DNA of 63,997 nt, filler included, from Basidiobolus ranarum (Eukaryota): the NCBI GenBank assembly GCA_040143965.1. It is 6 parts of 6 records of this genome, joined end to end, with 100 filler letters (N's around TTAATTAATTAA, not from the genome) between each part and the next. Parts side by side here need not be neighbours in the genome. Positions count along the whole stretch, not along the records: positions 32,815 to 43,634 come from JASJQH010000664.1; positions 43,735 to 54,542 come from JASJQH010000665.1; 4 more parts are not named here. The stretch is one strand, 5' to 3'. The notes under the pieces were generated by a model. That model searched no databases. It had not been told where the DNA came from and saw only the letters and a list, made by a program, of their open reading frames with translations. Shown here piece after piece: positions 34,726 to 49,088 of this stretch. How positions within the stretch are numbered: position 1 is the stretch's first letter; every line of letters begins with the position of its first letter. The position numbers were made by a program, and so were the translations under genes.

Positions 34726-37093
34726 GATGTGTCTGACGAAATGATTTGATGTTTGTTGAAGGTGTATCGATACTGGACGGGATCCTTGATTATAAACGTT
34801 CTTCCTGGCTCAGTTGCTTTATTTACTCTGGGGGAGGGGAGTCATTTATTGTTTGATGAATTTGCCATTTTTCATGTACAATTCTTTATATCAATTATAA
34901 GTGGAGCAGGCGCCTCGAACGACGACCAGAACAAGAGATACAGAATCTTTCAAACCATCATTCCATTTACGAAATGATGAAAATGTGACATGCACTGCTG
35001 CTCAAAGAGATCTGTTCATTTCATGAAATGAAGCTCTTTCTTGAACGTCACTAAAGAGATACGAAGTGCCTAATCAAACGTATCAGCTGAATCCTGACTA
35101 TTCAACCTTTGTTGTTAATGGAGAGATGTGCCGAGTAGCATGCAAGCATCTTCTTGGAATCAAACTTCATCCAGGACTACCACATTCTGAGAACCCCAGT
35201 CACATTTGGTGACCAATACATTTCGGTACCACAAGTAATATGAGTGTATTTCAGTGGTCACTAAGCATCACCTATGCTCCTTGATGGTCGACAATTACTC
35301 TCTTGTAGCTAAGACAACCGGTAATTTAACAATATGCTAGCATTTGCTCTCCAATGATAGCCACTTGAACAGCCAAAAGTCGATTGATTTACTCCGGCAA
35401 TACCAGAACTATATGTTACTAAACCTGCCGATTTCACTCTCAAAGGATATTTTCATACATTTGTCTGGTCTCGCTGGAGTAACAGCTAATCATTCATATT
35501 CTTTAAACTAGTCTTATCGCGAACTAATGTCCTCTTCTTCACAGAGGCTTAAGAACTGGCTACAGTAAATATTTGAGTCAAGACACCATTGTTACAGAAT
35601 CTTAATACTCATGCGAATAAAACCAAACCGAGCAAGCCATTCATTTTCACATTTCGCATTCCAGATCACTCATATATACCATGACTTACTGCTAGTGTAT
35701 ATGATGACTTAATCATGGTAATGATATAACATCCATTGTTTCGTTCAACCATGGCGGTAAGAATGTTGATCTTCAGCTACCTAGGTATGTGGCACTTGGC
35801 GGGGAACGTCATGTGAAGTCATTGCGTTATCTATCACTTGTAGCTAGAACGTTTGGCTTTTATGATGGAACATTTGAGAGTGGTCACCGTTTGTAGGCTA
35901 TGACCAAATAGAATCGCTAATATGAAGCAACCTTCAATATGCAACACTGTTTCCTTTATTCTTTCACATAAGCAAGATTATCTTCGAATATCATTCTCTC
36001 ACTGAAGCCTTCACTAGGATGTAGAATGTAGCTCTTAAAGTAGCATCTTGAAAACGATATACTCTACCTTAAGAACTTAAAAGCTACGTCTTCCACTTAG
36101 AACTTCAGAAAATAATTTGAAGTCACCCAATAAGGAGTAAAACGGATGCTTGAATGTCGCAGGTCGATTTTTCTCTGTTCACTAAAAGTTAGCTATTATT
36201 TGACAACATATATACTTTCATAACCAACCGAAAAAGTAATGTCCGATCCAAGCAGGAGTATACCCAACAAGAAGACACGCAAATAAGTATTTTGGATCTC
36301 CCTTTATGATGGCCGCTAATGCAACCAATATGACCAATCCCGTTCCTGGAGTCAAGATTCGTGAGCAATATTTCCTCTAAACAATATACCGCGCATACAT
36401 ACCAGTGATGTGAAGGCGCCTGCAAACTATGTTCGAGTGTTCGCCCAAGTAGAAAGGATAGAACCGGTCAAAGCTAGTGTATGGAGCACTATATGGCTGT
36501 GGTGTGTACGTTGAATTGACTACTAATTTCATGGTCGACAATAATGTTTGGCCAACCCAATTTATTTATCGTGTCATGAGCAGCCTCTATGAATGATGGA
36601 AGCTATTAATCTCTCATAATCCAAATTCTATCACTGTTGGATATAGTGGTCAATAATGATGTGGGGCTTTCGACCCCTACTGGCTATATTTTGTGGAGAT
36701 GATTCACTGCCAGTTAGCCAATAAGGCGGTTTGATTTTCATCAATCTTGGTGTGTGTATGGGAATATAATCCTCAATGAATTAATGTATCTAGCGTGTAC
36801 AGAATGGCCCAAAACCCTTGAATTTTAGCGTGTGAGGGTAGCGTTTATTCATCATTAGTAAAGAAATGAAGATATATGGTCTAAGACTAGAAAAAGTAGA
36901 TATTACGCGTTCAAAGAGGCTTGGGAATAACAGATTATGTAAGTCAAAAATAAAGTGTAGAAATGAAAACAAATTAGCAAAAGGTGAACAAAATAAGGTT
37001 ACACTCAAAATGAAATTTCCACAATCGAATAGAAGTCTCCTATCAGAATAGGATGGTGTTACTAAGGAGATGTTTATCCACAGATAAATTGCC

Positions 37094-40000
37094 TCAAGAT
37101 TGATCGCCTTCGTTGGTTACTTCAGAGTTGGCTGTGTCAACTGAAGTAACCGGAGGCGTTTCAAATATTCTATATTCCAAAGCTTGAGTCTTGACATTCT
37201 CTCTTATTATAGTCAAATCTTTGATGTCCAATGATTTTCCTGTAAACCACTGCTCACATTTCTTCTCCAGTTCCTCTTTAGCTTTACCACGCGACCATCC
37301 AAGGTCACCGTCTAACCATTTTCTCCATTTCTGATGCTTTTGTCGCTTCGTGTTTTCAAGACTACTCTCAGAAATGAGCTTACCCTTGCGTTTGAAATAG
37401 TCTTCCGTATTAGCAACAAAGTAGGTTTTCAGTGTATTAACGCATATTTTCAATTCCAACCCACTGTTCATGACCGCATCCTGAGGTGATTCATTTGATA
37501 GATTCGTTGGCCGATTTCTCGACAAGAAAGGCTTATTTTCAGGCTGTGGAACATCTTTTGTGGGGGTTAGGAGAACATAGCTGTCAATATACATGGACCA
37601 TTTTTCCTCCAACGATACAGCCGAATCTAAGGCGGAGTCCTCTCTACTAAGCAGCTGAATCATTACCGTTTTTTTACTATGTGCATACTCAATTCTATAC
37701 AGACACTCTTCGTTCTCTATCACATTTTCCGCCTTAGAGCGATACATCATTTGTTGTCTGAAACTAGTGGTTTCTTGATGATTTTCTTTAGTAAACAGAT
37801 CGATCAAATCCTTGCACTTGGGCTCCAGTACAATGGTTTGAATTTGGCGGAGAATAGCCATTACAAGCTTATCTATAGTAAATACTACGTATGCATGGAT
37901 TCCAAAAAGGTATCGCATTCCCTCTTCGTACCCTTGTTGATCTATTTCTCCTTCGAAGAGACGATCAACTAGGTTAAGGAACTCTTGATAATAGTCTGCA
38001 TTGGTATAATCCATATCTCCCAAGACATCCACTTTGTGTCTGAGCAATAAAGATCCAGCCACTGACTTGGTCTCGGTGTGAGGAACCTTTCTAGGAACTT
38101 GACTAGCCTTGGTCTTGATAGATTCAACGCGCGAATAAAGCAACTGATACAGTCGGAAGAACACATAAAACACGTTACTACCATAAAAATTGAACGATGT
38201 CTTGTGCTTAGCCTCCACTTTCGGTGTTTTAATTTGAATCCAGGTGGCTGATTGGGTTGAAGTGCCTTTCCCTCTACCGAATAACTTGGTTTTTGGATTG
38301 ATCGAATCAACCTCCATGACTTCGGACTTTCCACCCTCCACGCTACTCTCGTCAAAAGACTTCGACTTGGGTGAAGAGGCGGCCGAGGTTACTGACTCTT
38401 CGTTATCAGCGTGAGCAGCATCAGAGTCGGTATCTATGTTATCTACGGGGATAGGGTCTTCAACACCATTTACTGAATGCACCTTTTCTTTTGATTCGCA
38501 GTTAGAATTTGTAGAACCTTCGTCTTCAGAAATCTGGGATTCATTATCGGTGTCATCGGTATGAACACTACTGGCATCATCCTCTTCAAGGTACTCGTGT
38601 TCAATCTTTTCCAAGCCAAAAAATTCTTTAATGAAGTCCTTGATGAAACTCTCGATGCTGGTTTTATCCGATCCAGAAAAGCCACCTTGCTTTCCTAACG
38701 AAGAAAACAGAATTCTGGTAATATCACGAAATACCTCCGGGTCATTAAATAGATACTCGAACTGAAAATTATGTTTGAGGTCAGGGGGGTAACGATCCCG
38801 CTGCTCTCGTCGAATGTTCTCAATCTCGGTGGTGAGATATTTAGGAGTGATGAGTTTTCTATCATTCGATTTAAAGCCCACATTTTGATAATCCAACCCT
38901 TTGTAAAAGTTTTTGATATCGACCTCGCGCCAGATTCGATTCCATTCTCTTCTAGCACGTCTCCACTCTTCATCTTTTTGCTTCAATCTTTTCAAGACAA
39001 CAGGAACGGCGATGGTTGGATTATTATGGATAGCGTCGATGACCGCAACCCCCTGCTCCTTTCCATAAACTTTGTTGATCATGCGCTTATAAATACACAG
39101 CGATGGTCCTCCTAATCCTGGTGGAAGTTTGAATTTGGCCTTCTCTTCAGAAGTCATATTTTGAATTTTTCTAACAATAGGCTCTAATAATGCGATAGTA
39201 CTAAGATTGGCTTCTATATTGAGATCATAATCATATCTTTCCTCCTCACATTTATGCAACTTCTCCTCATACTGATTCTTTTTGTGAGCTACGAATCCGG
39301 ATTCTTCACTCGCCCAAGTGGGATGTGAAACCCATTCATTATTCAATACCTCATCACACAAGAGATCTCTTCCGGAACACTTAACTTTGGAGTCCTAGAG
39401 TCATTCAATTAAATATAGAACATGTGCAATCAACCATTCATAAATATTCCTTACTGCTTTAGGCAATAGTCGATAACTGGGTCCGTATCCTTTGCATCGT
39501 AAAAGATCTACTCTTGGTCTTGGAGCAGGTAAATTTTCCACCACCTGTTCATTACTAGGCACATATCCCACAAATGATTTGAACCATTCAAAGAGCTCCT
39601 TATTTCCACCGATATAAGATTCGACTCTTTGTACAAGTACAGTCTGATCCAATATTTCTTGACTAAAAAGATTCAAAACTTTCAGGAACTCATTGTATGA
39701 TTGCTTATTTGACAAATGCTTCTTAACCCGATCAAAGAAACTTAATTCTTCGGTGGAAGCGGGAAGTTTGGGAGATTGTGGAGATAACCCGGTGGATGCT
39801 GAAGTAGTATTTATTCCAACTGGTCCTGGTGATACCTCATTCATCATCTTTTGCGTACCATGTTTGGCACGCTTCGATTTGACAGTTCCGCTAGCAGTAA
39901 TAGCTTTTTCTCCAGTTACGTTGGCCCCTTTCCTTTTTTTATTGGGTATAGGAACTGTAGTGTGAGTTGGGCTTGCAGTCGAAGATGGAGGTTGTGCAGC

Positions 40001-42045
40001 AACTGGTATGGTAGGGTTACTCGAAGGAGGTGGAGACATAGGAGGCACAGTAGGCTGCTGAAGAAAAGTCTCGGAAGATGGAGGAATTGGGTTGGATGAT
40101 CCATAGTTTCCAACCGAAGGTAAACGTGGTCCAGGTCCTATTGCTGTAGGTAAAAAATTAGTTTTGTAAAAAACCATGACACACTTTCCGCCAAACCAAA
40201 TACCTGGAATAGACGGGGGCATTATGGGCATCATTCGTTGAGATTGTTGAGGAATTGGTTGTTGCTGTTGCTGTTGATGTTGATGTTGATGAGGAGATAT
40301 GGGTGGAATGTTCTGGCCCGCTAAAATGGATGGATTTCCAAGCATGGGAAGAATTGGAGCAGAGGAAGAACCGCCTTGTGAATTAGAACTATTATCGGGA
40401 AGAAACTGTTTAAATTCCGCTAAGAGGTCCGTAGCATTACGGAAAAGGACTTGAACTTGAGCATAAACCTACGAATTAAAAAGTTTAATCCATCTTTTCC
40501 TCGTGAAATCTTTTAACGCAAGATTACCTCTTGAATAGGCTTTTGTTCTTTTTGGTAAGTTTGTAGAATCTCCAAAAATTGCTTGTATGTTTCCGGATCA
40601 GAGGAGAAACGGTTCTAGGTGATGAAAATACTCAATGACAATTCGGTGCGATCAATAAATGACTCAGTACTCACTTTAATTTTGTTAACGTAATTAATAG
40701 CATGGTTGAATTCAACTGGGGGCCTACGAGCACCTGCAGCTGACAATCCTTGCAGGCCAATATTAGGCCCTGGACCATTAGATAAGGGCGGGACAACTGG
40801 AGGACCTTGTCCGGGAGACGCACCGGGACCATGCGACAGATGAGTAGACATGGGACGCACGTGGTATCCACCAACAGACGGCTGAGGAGGAGGAAGTTGC
40901 CCTCCTGTTAGTGGGTGAGAACTTGGAGTCATAGAGTGTGGAAGAGGCGGACCACCATGACCAAATGTAGGTGGCTGATAGTAATGAGGGCCATTTGTCA
41001 GCGGCATACTAGAGTTGGTATTTGGATTCACATTATGCAATTGGGAATGTTGGCTAGGCTCAGGTAGACCCGATGAATTAATTGTGCCATTCGGTGTTGT
41101 TACTCGCACATTGTGAGGATCGTATGCGTTCGGAGAAATCTCAATCCTATATCCAGGAGGTAAAAAAGTGTTGAAGCCAGAAATAAGAGTAGGGTGCCCT
41201 CGGAAAAGGTTGGACACTCTGTCGATTACCCCTGGAGTATCGATTCTGCAAATATTTAGAGGTTAGCATTAACACATATAAATGCTTTTCTACGAAACAA
41301 CTTACGCTTGAGTTTTAAAATCCTTCATTATGTCCAAAAACCGGTTATAGACATCAGGTTGATCATGAAATTGAATCTTAACTTGGTCTAGATATGACAA
41401 TGCGTCTCTAACGTTTAAAGGGCGATACTCTACAGAGCCAGGCTGATTCGGTGGTTGGACTGAAGGAGGTCTTGATCTAATTGTACTCTGTGGAGGACTT
41501 TGAGCTGGAGGAGGTCGCTGATGCTCTATATGATTCGAAGCTAAATTGCTATTCATCGTACCACCGTGATTTATGTGGGACATAGGAATTGTAGGAGGCG
41601 CTATCGACTGGGGTGGGGCCATCATAGAGACAGACATTGGGGATGGTTGCTGAGAATGTGAAGAATTAGGAGGCGGAAGATAGTGAGGAAGTCCACCTGG
41701 TTGATTAGATTGTTGCTGCACAGAATGTGGGGTTGATCTATAATAAACATAATTGAGTTAAACATGGAAGTACTTCAAACCATACCAAGACAAAAATAGA
41801 ATTTGGGATGCCTCTCATGCATATTGGTTTGTATCGCGAACAAAACGCGTTTGAGATAATACTAATTCAATTTGGCTACATCATTAACATTTACAACAAG
41901 TGGTTTGTACGAATAGGAATAATGGCAAGCAAGAATGGGCTTTGCTTAGCAGAGTAGAAATATAATATACATACGAAAAGGGAGGCAGCTGGTTATTTCC
42001 AGAAACATTCCATTGGGGCTTTTCGTCTTTGGAAGAGCCTGACAT
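37094..42045 (-). CDS. SIN3: Transcriptional corepressor SIN3 (PAH1-3, HDAC-interaction domain, C-terminal domain), multi-exon
   Basis: PAH1 [38 protein letters not shown]2 [18 protein letters not shown]3 [37 protein letters not shown]...KNQYEE; FTIDKL. The first exon (MSGSSKDEK...) is tentative. Confidence 0.95.
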
Positions 42046-43496
42046 TATGAAAGAAGTGTATGCTGGCCTTAGCGACTTATTCTGTGTGAATACTAATTTG
42101 GCTAGAAAGAATGGTGAGCAAGGTAAACAACAAGTGACAACTGTGCTAGAAAGAGAAAAAAAAGACCTACAGGTGATTTTCAGGCAGTCTGGATATATTT
42201 GCCAGAGCTCGATTAATTTCAAGGAGTTTGGTTGGCTGGTCTATTACGTTAATACTTGGAATATGATCATTTTATCTAAGCAAGAACTTGTCACAATTTA
42301 AATCAGGATAATTACTCTAATTATCTTCGAGAGCACATCAATACATATATATGGACTAAGAGTGAATCTCAAAAGGGAAAGATAGTGAGAGGTTGCGTAT
42401 GTATTATGTGCGGAGATCTTAAATGAGTGGGACGGCTCATCTTATCCTACGGTAACCCAGTCAGCCCTGGTGTTACCCCCATATGCACGAATGATTGTCT
42501 CTTCGGGCCAATCAGACGGCTAATTGTGAATCCGACGATTGCATTTAATTTTGCTACCCTTATTCAGTATCATTTTAGATAGTGAAGTCACCCAAGCAAT
42601 GACCAACGAAAACTTTGAAACCCGCCAATAGTAGTGGCATATGAACCGAACGGTGAGAGTTTGGGACATTTCCTGAAACAAGAAGTAATCGAAATTACTT
42701 AAGAGAGCAGTTACTTGCTTATTCTTAAACTCTGCTCTAGTCGAGGTAAGCTCAGTCTCAGTATTGATCACTCGCATAGAGTGAATGAGCACAATCGATG
42801 GTTTTAAAGTTATAACTAGATTTGTTACGTGGCTTTGTGGGGAGAGAAGGGGCTAATGAAAAAGGAGCGGAGATATTCAGCTCACTCCGTAAATTCCAGT
42901 CTGCTTGTTTGTGGAGTGCGGCGGTGCATATTACAACTCATTTCTAATGGCACCATATTAGAGTGCTTGTGGAAGTACATCCAAGAAACGATAGAGTTAT
43001 AGAGTATCTGTTACGCCAACATACCATCTGCTATACATAAACTTCCGCGAGGATACGAAAAGTACTCCATACAAATAGACCGAAGAACTATACACATTTC
43101 TCGATACTGCAGACAGGGACCAGTTGATCTTAAGCAATCATGTAAGTGAATAAAAACCCCTTTCTTGGAATACTGATGTATTTGATTGGTTGGTGAGGTT
43201 ATTGTTTTATGTTAGAATGGACCAATGTAGAGACTACCAAGTAGCATCAATAAGGTCTAAACCAATATCGTTTTCTAAAAGAAAAGCCTGGCTATGTACC
43301 AACTCGGCTGGTATTTGTAATGAGAAGTAGCTACAGTAGCTTTCATATCACCTATTGGACAAAACCAATCACATCGATCCCAGTCTAGAAATCTAGTTTT
43401 GACAATGATTGATAATCAGATTGCCATTCTTTGTGATCAATGTGTCAGCTTAACATGCCTCCACAACTGCTGTTCACAAACATCCACTTCAGAGAT

Positions 43497-43622
43497 GAAT
43501 TCAATTGCAGAACGGGTTGCACATACTAAACACATCATACTGGTCCTCTCCAGAAAAGGTGATGTGGGGAAAATTTTCGTTACTACACAATTTGCTCTAA
43601 CGTTAATGAACAAGGATAGTGG
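43497..43622 (+). pseudogene. Degenerate fragment of a Cfd1/Nbp35 (Mrp/NBP35 family) P-loop NTPase, cut by contig edge
   Basis: KHIILVLSRKGDVGKIFVTTQFALTL versus family consensus KHIILVLSGKGGVGKS...QLA; Walker A is corrupted. Confidence 0.6.
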
Positions 43623-43634
43623 TTAGTGTTCAGA

Positions 43635-43734
43635 NNNNNNNNNNNNNNNNNNNNNNNNNNNNNNNNNNNNNNNNNNNNTTAATTAATTAANNNNNNNNNN
43701 NNNNNNNNNNNNNNNNNNNNNNNNNNNNNNNNNN
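43635..43734. other. Artificial contig-joining spacer
   Basis: N44-TTAATTAATTAA-N44. Confidence 0.98.
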
Positions 43735-46040
43735 CAACATCTCAACTGTGCATCGAGTGTTTCGCTTTGTAGCCATTTCCGTTGCCAAACAGTAAAGTCT
43801 GCATACTGAATGGTTGGATCAGGAAATGGAGATGCAAGACCAAGTGAATTGGACAAGTACAAAGCAGCCAACTTCTTTTGCAGAATGGTGATGGACCACC
43901 CATCTGATATAATCAGATGAAGTACAACTATAAGGACGGGCACATCAGGTTTCACTTAGGGTTGACGCTTAACGTCGACGATTAATTGCTTCAAGCCATC
44001 TACGTTCAGCTTATTCGTAAAATTCAATACAACAGGTATTTGTAAAATGAGCTATTCGGAATTAATTCGTTCAAAAACCAAAGTCGTTCTTGTGCAAAAG
44101 ATGATGATAAATTATTTCGGTTAGTCCTTTTTTCAATTCTGGAATCAAGCCAGTTCCATTGAGAATATTCTTACTGGATTCCAGCTTGTCGCTAAGGGGC
44201 GCTGCCGTAATAAATATTTCAGCGGTACATCTTGATTAAGTGCAGTTCGAATACGAGATATGACTTTGATCAATGAGTGACCACCGCGATCAAAGAAGTC
44301 TTCTAGAATGCAAACCCCCTCAAGTCCTAGTACCTCCGTAAAAATGTCGCACAGAGTCTGTTCGAGTGTTTTCTTAGCCGACACGGAATTCTTGTGATCA
44401 TCTACACGCGAGGTATTAGCCGGTAGTGCTCTACTATTACTTTTATCGTTTGGCATAGGAGGCAGAGAATCCAATCTAACAATAGTGTTAGGAGCTATAA
44501 ACTTTGGTAGCACAGTATGTAAATAATCGCTTAGGTAAGGTGAGAGCTGTTGGTTCGCTGCTTCGTTCATGGGGTTGGTACCATAAGATATTCAATCCTA
44601 ATGACTAAAACTTGGCTCCTTGAAGCGATATTTTTTCATGTTAGAAAGCTGCCTAATGTATATTACATTGCAGCATCCATCGTTTTCATGGAAGTTCAAC
44701 TAACACTGACATCATAGCCAGAATGTTGACTTATATCAAATAATTTGTCAACTGCAACCCCTGTAGGGGCAACATCGACTATTAGCTTCCTTATATTTGA
44801 GACTAGCAATTCTTGAGCATGTTCAATAATTTGACGAGAGCTATCTCGTTAAATAGTCTCAGACTGAGAACATTTTCAATAGTATAGTAGTCAACATCTC
44901 CTTAAAGAAGATTGCTCTTGATTTCATCCACAGTGATTCTTGATAGTCAACTCAATCTTCAATAATTTCACTCTCATCATTTGTACCGACTTGAATGACA
45001 ACTAGGTGATGATATTGGGTGAGTTCATTGATGCTACCCCCAGTCTTTGTCAAGATGTTTCCCGCGGGAGATCTCAGGAACTTCTTCTTTGAGTGCAAAA
45101 AAGCAAGCTGGATTAACAAGCAATTCCCTCTCACTTAGCTGTTGGCTACAGGTGGCTCCAATTCTTAGGGTGAGGTAATTGTGAGCCTTATTCAACCCTA
45201 TGGCTGTGTGGGAGTGTTTCAACAGGACAAGACTATGAATATCGCCGAGGAAGATATAATCTCTTGCTCGTAAAATTTTAACAGCGCTTACAGCTACCGC
45301 CTTCAGATAGTCAATATCTAGGAAATACTGAGTTGCTTATCACAGTGTCAAAGCTACCTTCTTCAATATCACCCAGCTAATCCCCACTACGCTTTGCTAG
45401 CCTGCCCTTAGCGCGAAGAGAATATGTATCGGATACTTGCTGACATAGGACAAAGCAGAGGTGGATATCTTAGTGCCAACATAGTGATCGAAATGAGGGG
45501 CAATTTTGAAGAGTAACATACAGGTTCTCCAACCATTCTCGAGAATATCATTACCTCCAAGTTGTTTGATTCCAATAATGCTGTCATTTAGCCATTCTCT
45601 CATCTCATGCGCGGGGATATCCTCACCATTAAGAGCACATTTCTAGCCGACGATGTTGAATAATGGCTCAGATAAGTCTTCATTTATGTCATCATACACA
45701 TGTTGGTCAAATCAACTCCTTTTGGTTGAATCCTGTTGTAAGAGAGTGTTTTCTATTTCTCTCAATTTTCTCGAATTTTCACTTGATCATCCATGCGCCC
45801 ACCAAATTCAATATTGCCATCACTTGTGAAGCCACCCAGACCTCCAATACGATATATTATCTCCTCACTGCACTCAGCATTAGGCTCGACTACGAACTTC
45901 TGAGCAATTAGTTTGGGTTGATTTAGATAACCTCTAGCAAGGCCATCACCAGCGACACAAATCTCCTCCACGAAACCGATTGGAACTGGGTTGAGATGGT
46001 TATCAAGAATGTGAACGGGATAGCGGTTTTCCAATAAGAA
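43735..46040 (-). pseudogene. Fragmented NRPS module: A(C-terminal) - N-methyltransferase - A(end) - T - C
   Basis: PVPIGFVEEICVAGDGLARGYLNQP...YRIGGLG...GRMDDQVKIR; MT-like EMREWLND...LLFKIAPHFDHYVGT; LDSLPPMPNDK; T domain FFDRGGHSL; C domain LHLIISDGWS...QYADFTVWQRKWL. Many stops, frameshifts and deletions. Confidence 0.9.
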
Positions 46041-46864
46041 TATTGTTCAATAGGGCTTCGTAACTCTCTGAAACTCAAAGCGGCTAGATTGATCACCAAA
46101 AAATGCCACCAAGAGTAGCTATGACATATTCTATATTGAGTAGGAATCAGGGAACTTTCAGCAATCTAGTGAGTAAACTTTCTAGGCAACTACGTGCAAA
46201 TATCCCCTTTTTGCATATTCACTATGATATATGCACTAAAGATGTAGGTCTAGTACAATTATCCATCTATCCTCGGTACTAAAGTGCGCCATATTCTTTC
46301 AGGTTGCTTAATCAATTGCTCCTTATGCCGATTCCTAAATGACCATTCAATTTTACCAGGGCCCGATATCGGCTAATAGCATGCAAAAGAGCCGAGTTAT
46401 GTATTCCAGATTATGGTAACTTTCTCAAAGACAATATCCAAATACGAAGAAGATCACCAATAGAAATACCATATATGTCTACATTAGTATCGGAGTATGT
46501 TCCACCAAAACATTACCTGAATTAACACTGGTTGTAGTTAATAATAACCTTACAGATGGTATGCACACTCGTAACGCAGAGATGATTAATAAATTCCCAT
46601 CACTAACTCTAACCAGCACATAGTGTAGCATCGGATCCGTTACTTTGTGTCTAGGTGTTCTGTTAACAAGAAATAAGTCTTCTATATTGGCCGCTAAAAT
46701 GTGAAAGAAAAGTGGCACCAACTTACGCAATATGATTCTCCGGTAACTATGTGCCATTCATTCCGTACGTTCTGTCGTACCAAGGTCTAGTCTAACATAA
46801 CCTTTTGACATAAAAGAGCATTAAACGTTTCTAAAATTCTACAACAAACCATCTCTCTGCCAAT

Positions 46865-47110
46865 ATGTTTACCAGAACTGTTATCCTTGCTCTCGCTTTC
46901 TGTGGACTGACTCTCGGTGCTACCCAATTCTCCATTCAGTGTGGATCCGCTGCTCAGAAGTGCTCAAGCTCTATTTCTCTCGGTACCAGAAGCTGCTATG
47001 TTTCCGGAACTACCGTTCAGTGCACCGACCAGAATGTGAAGTGCCAAGCCCAGGGCTGGATGAACTACACCAACTGCAAATCATGCTCCCTTATTCAATG
47101 CCGCGATTAG
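46865..47110 (+). CDS. Small secreted cysteine-rich protein (81 aa, 8 Cys in mature part)
   Basis: Signal peptide MFTRTVILALAFCGLTLG(A); GC-richer, C-ending codons against an AT-rich background; AATAAA ~100 bp downstream. Confidence 0.85.
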   Translation: MFTRTVILALAFCGLTLGATQFSIQCGSAAQKCSSSISLGTRSCYVSGTTVQCTDQNVKCQAQGWMNYTNCKSCSLIQCRD

Positions 47111-48753
47111 GGTTAGTTAGCTAAGCGCTTTGAAGCAATTCATTAGGTTGATAAAATGATAGTTTAGAAAAGATTTTTGCTATATTCTTATGCTCCAAGC
47201 TGTCAAATAAATCGCTGTTTATTATCGGCCAATAGTGAATATTACTGCGTAGTGTACACATCATTACTGGTATTTCTAGCCATGCAACAAATAATAACAA
47301 AAGCCATTTTCCAAAATTCAGATCCGCTCAAAGATCCGCTCAATACCTAAATTCTCAAGGATCGCTTGAAATCTACTAAAAAATGGACACACCTTGTAGA
47401 TTAAAAAAACTATGTATTTGAATACATCTGTAGTACAATTAGTAGTACAATTCGATGATGTATTATTACTTCTTTAAGTTGGTATGTGTAAATGGGGATA
47501 TTTTAAGATAGAAGATACACTAGCAACATCCGCAATCATCAAACTTATCCTATCTCAGTTTGGCTTAGTGTAATGAAGGAAAACTGCTAGCTATTTTGGG
47601 TTTGCTACTGATATTCATTAAATAGGTGCCTCTATAGGATACTTATTTATGTATAACCGCACAACTTTACAGTACGACACATCCTATCCTGCCCAATTAC
47701 GAAAACCTAGAACATAAGACCCATCCAATCGTGAGAAATCATGTTGGTGAAGCCTTTTTGTTCTTCTCTCATGGTCTTGCTCTACTGGTTTAACTATAGT
47801 TTTGTTTTGCACAGCTTCACTGGTCGAATCAGTATGAGAATACTTATTCATTCGTAGGGTAACCTACATGTCTTAATCATTTATAGGGAAACCTACATGT
47901 GCAATCACTTGTCTTTCAATCCCAATTAATCGGTGCTCAAAGCCTGTGAGTCTAGCATGGTTTTCCACTATTGCTAACTCTAAATCTTCCCGGGTAGTTT
48001 GATAGTTGAAACAAGTAGAATTTCATCAATTACGCATACGGAAATATTAGAGCTAAATATTGATATATCATGTTTGCTGCTTTTATTGAATATTTTGTCA
48101 CTCAAAGTTACAAGATCTATGTCTGATATCAATAAAAATTTCAGAAACCAGCCCCAAGATTCTTTGCCAATTAGTTTCACACTAACACACTACAATCATT
48201 CCAATTTTTTCTTTATAAGAAACATATGTAAATGTCTATTTTACTTCTATATAAAACCAACTTTGGTGAGATGGCAAACACCAAGTGGTGAGAACTTCTC
48301 TTGATAGTGAATTTGTAGAAGGCGTAAATATTGTGCACCAACATTCAAGCTTGCATAACCCATGTGGTTACAACTCAACTAGCATGAGTATTCATTTATC
48401 TTAAATTGTTGGGGCATATATCATGTGACTTGATCACGTGGTTTCTTATTTGTAATATATCACATCCATCCATCAATTACTCATGTATGCCACTCAATCC
48501 TCTTTCTATCTATCTATCTCACTCTGGTTTTGCATTGTCCAACCATATGTCATTTCCTACCCACTATATCAATCAATGAGGAAGTTGCTTTAATTATTCC
48601 AATACTTTTGCATTATTATTAGCAAGATATTAATTATTCAATGACTGACCAAAATTCGACCTGCACCTAATCTTCATCAGTCCCTTATTCAATTAGTCAT
48701 TTATTCACTTGCTAATTGTGAATTCACATCTGTATATATAGTGATAGTACTTA

Positions 48754-49088
48754 CTGTTGAAATTAGCATTGCATAAATACCTATATAGCCCTATATAGTT
48801 CAGTATTTGGTTATCTTATATTTCACTAAGATATTACCAATTATTCTCATAAGGAATTTACTTAGAATATTGACACCAGTTTAGAAGTTCTCAGATGTAT
48901 AGATGTTTCAAAGAGGCCCCAAACTTTGCATGCATAATCCTGGGACCTTCCCTAACATATTCTACATGTTGGTTTGTTTACATCTTGACAAAGCTATAAA
49001 TGTCAACTTTCTACTCAATAAATCAATAAGTGAAAACCACCAAATTCTTTAATTTTCCAAACCACTTCCAACCGGCTCCTAAATACTT
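48754..49088 (+). mobile_element. Solo arm (~330 bp) of the foldback/MITE family
   Basis: Begins TA|ctgttgaaattagcattgcataaatacctatatag and is collinear with 22240-22570. Confidence 0.8.

Noticed and set aside
36240-36780. Slightly GC-richer stretch that might be a decayed gene
   Set aside because: Stops in all frames and no motif I can identify.
34102-42045. Functional linkage of the TALE homeobox gene with SIN3 (TGIF-type repressors recruit Sin3)
   Set aside because: Adjacency alone in a eukaryote, 2.4 kb apart, is not evidence; would need conserved synteny.
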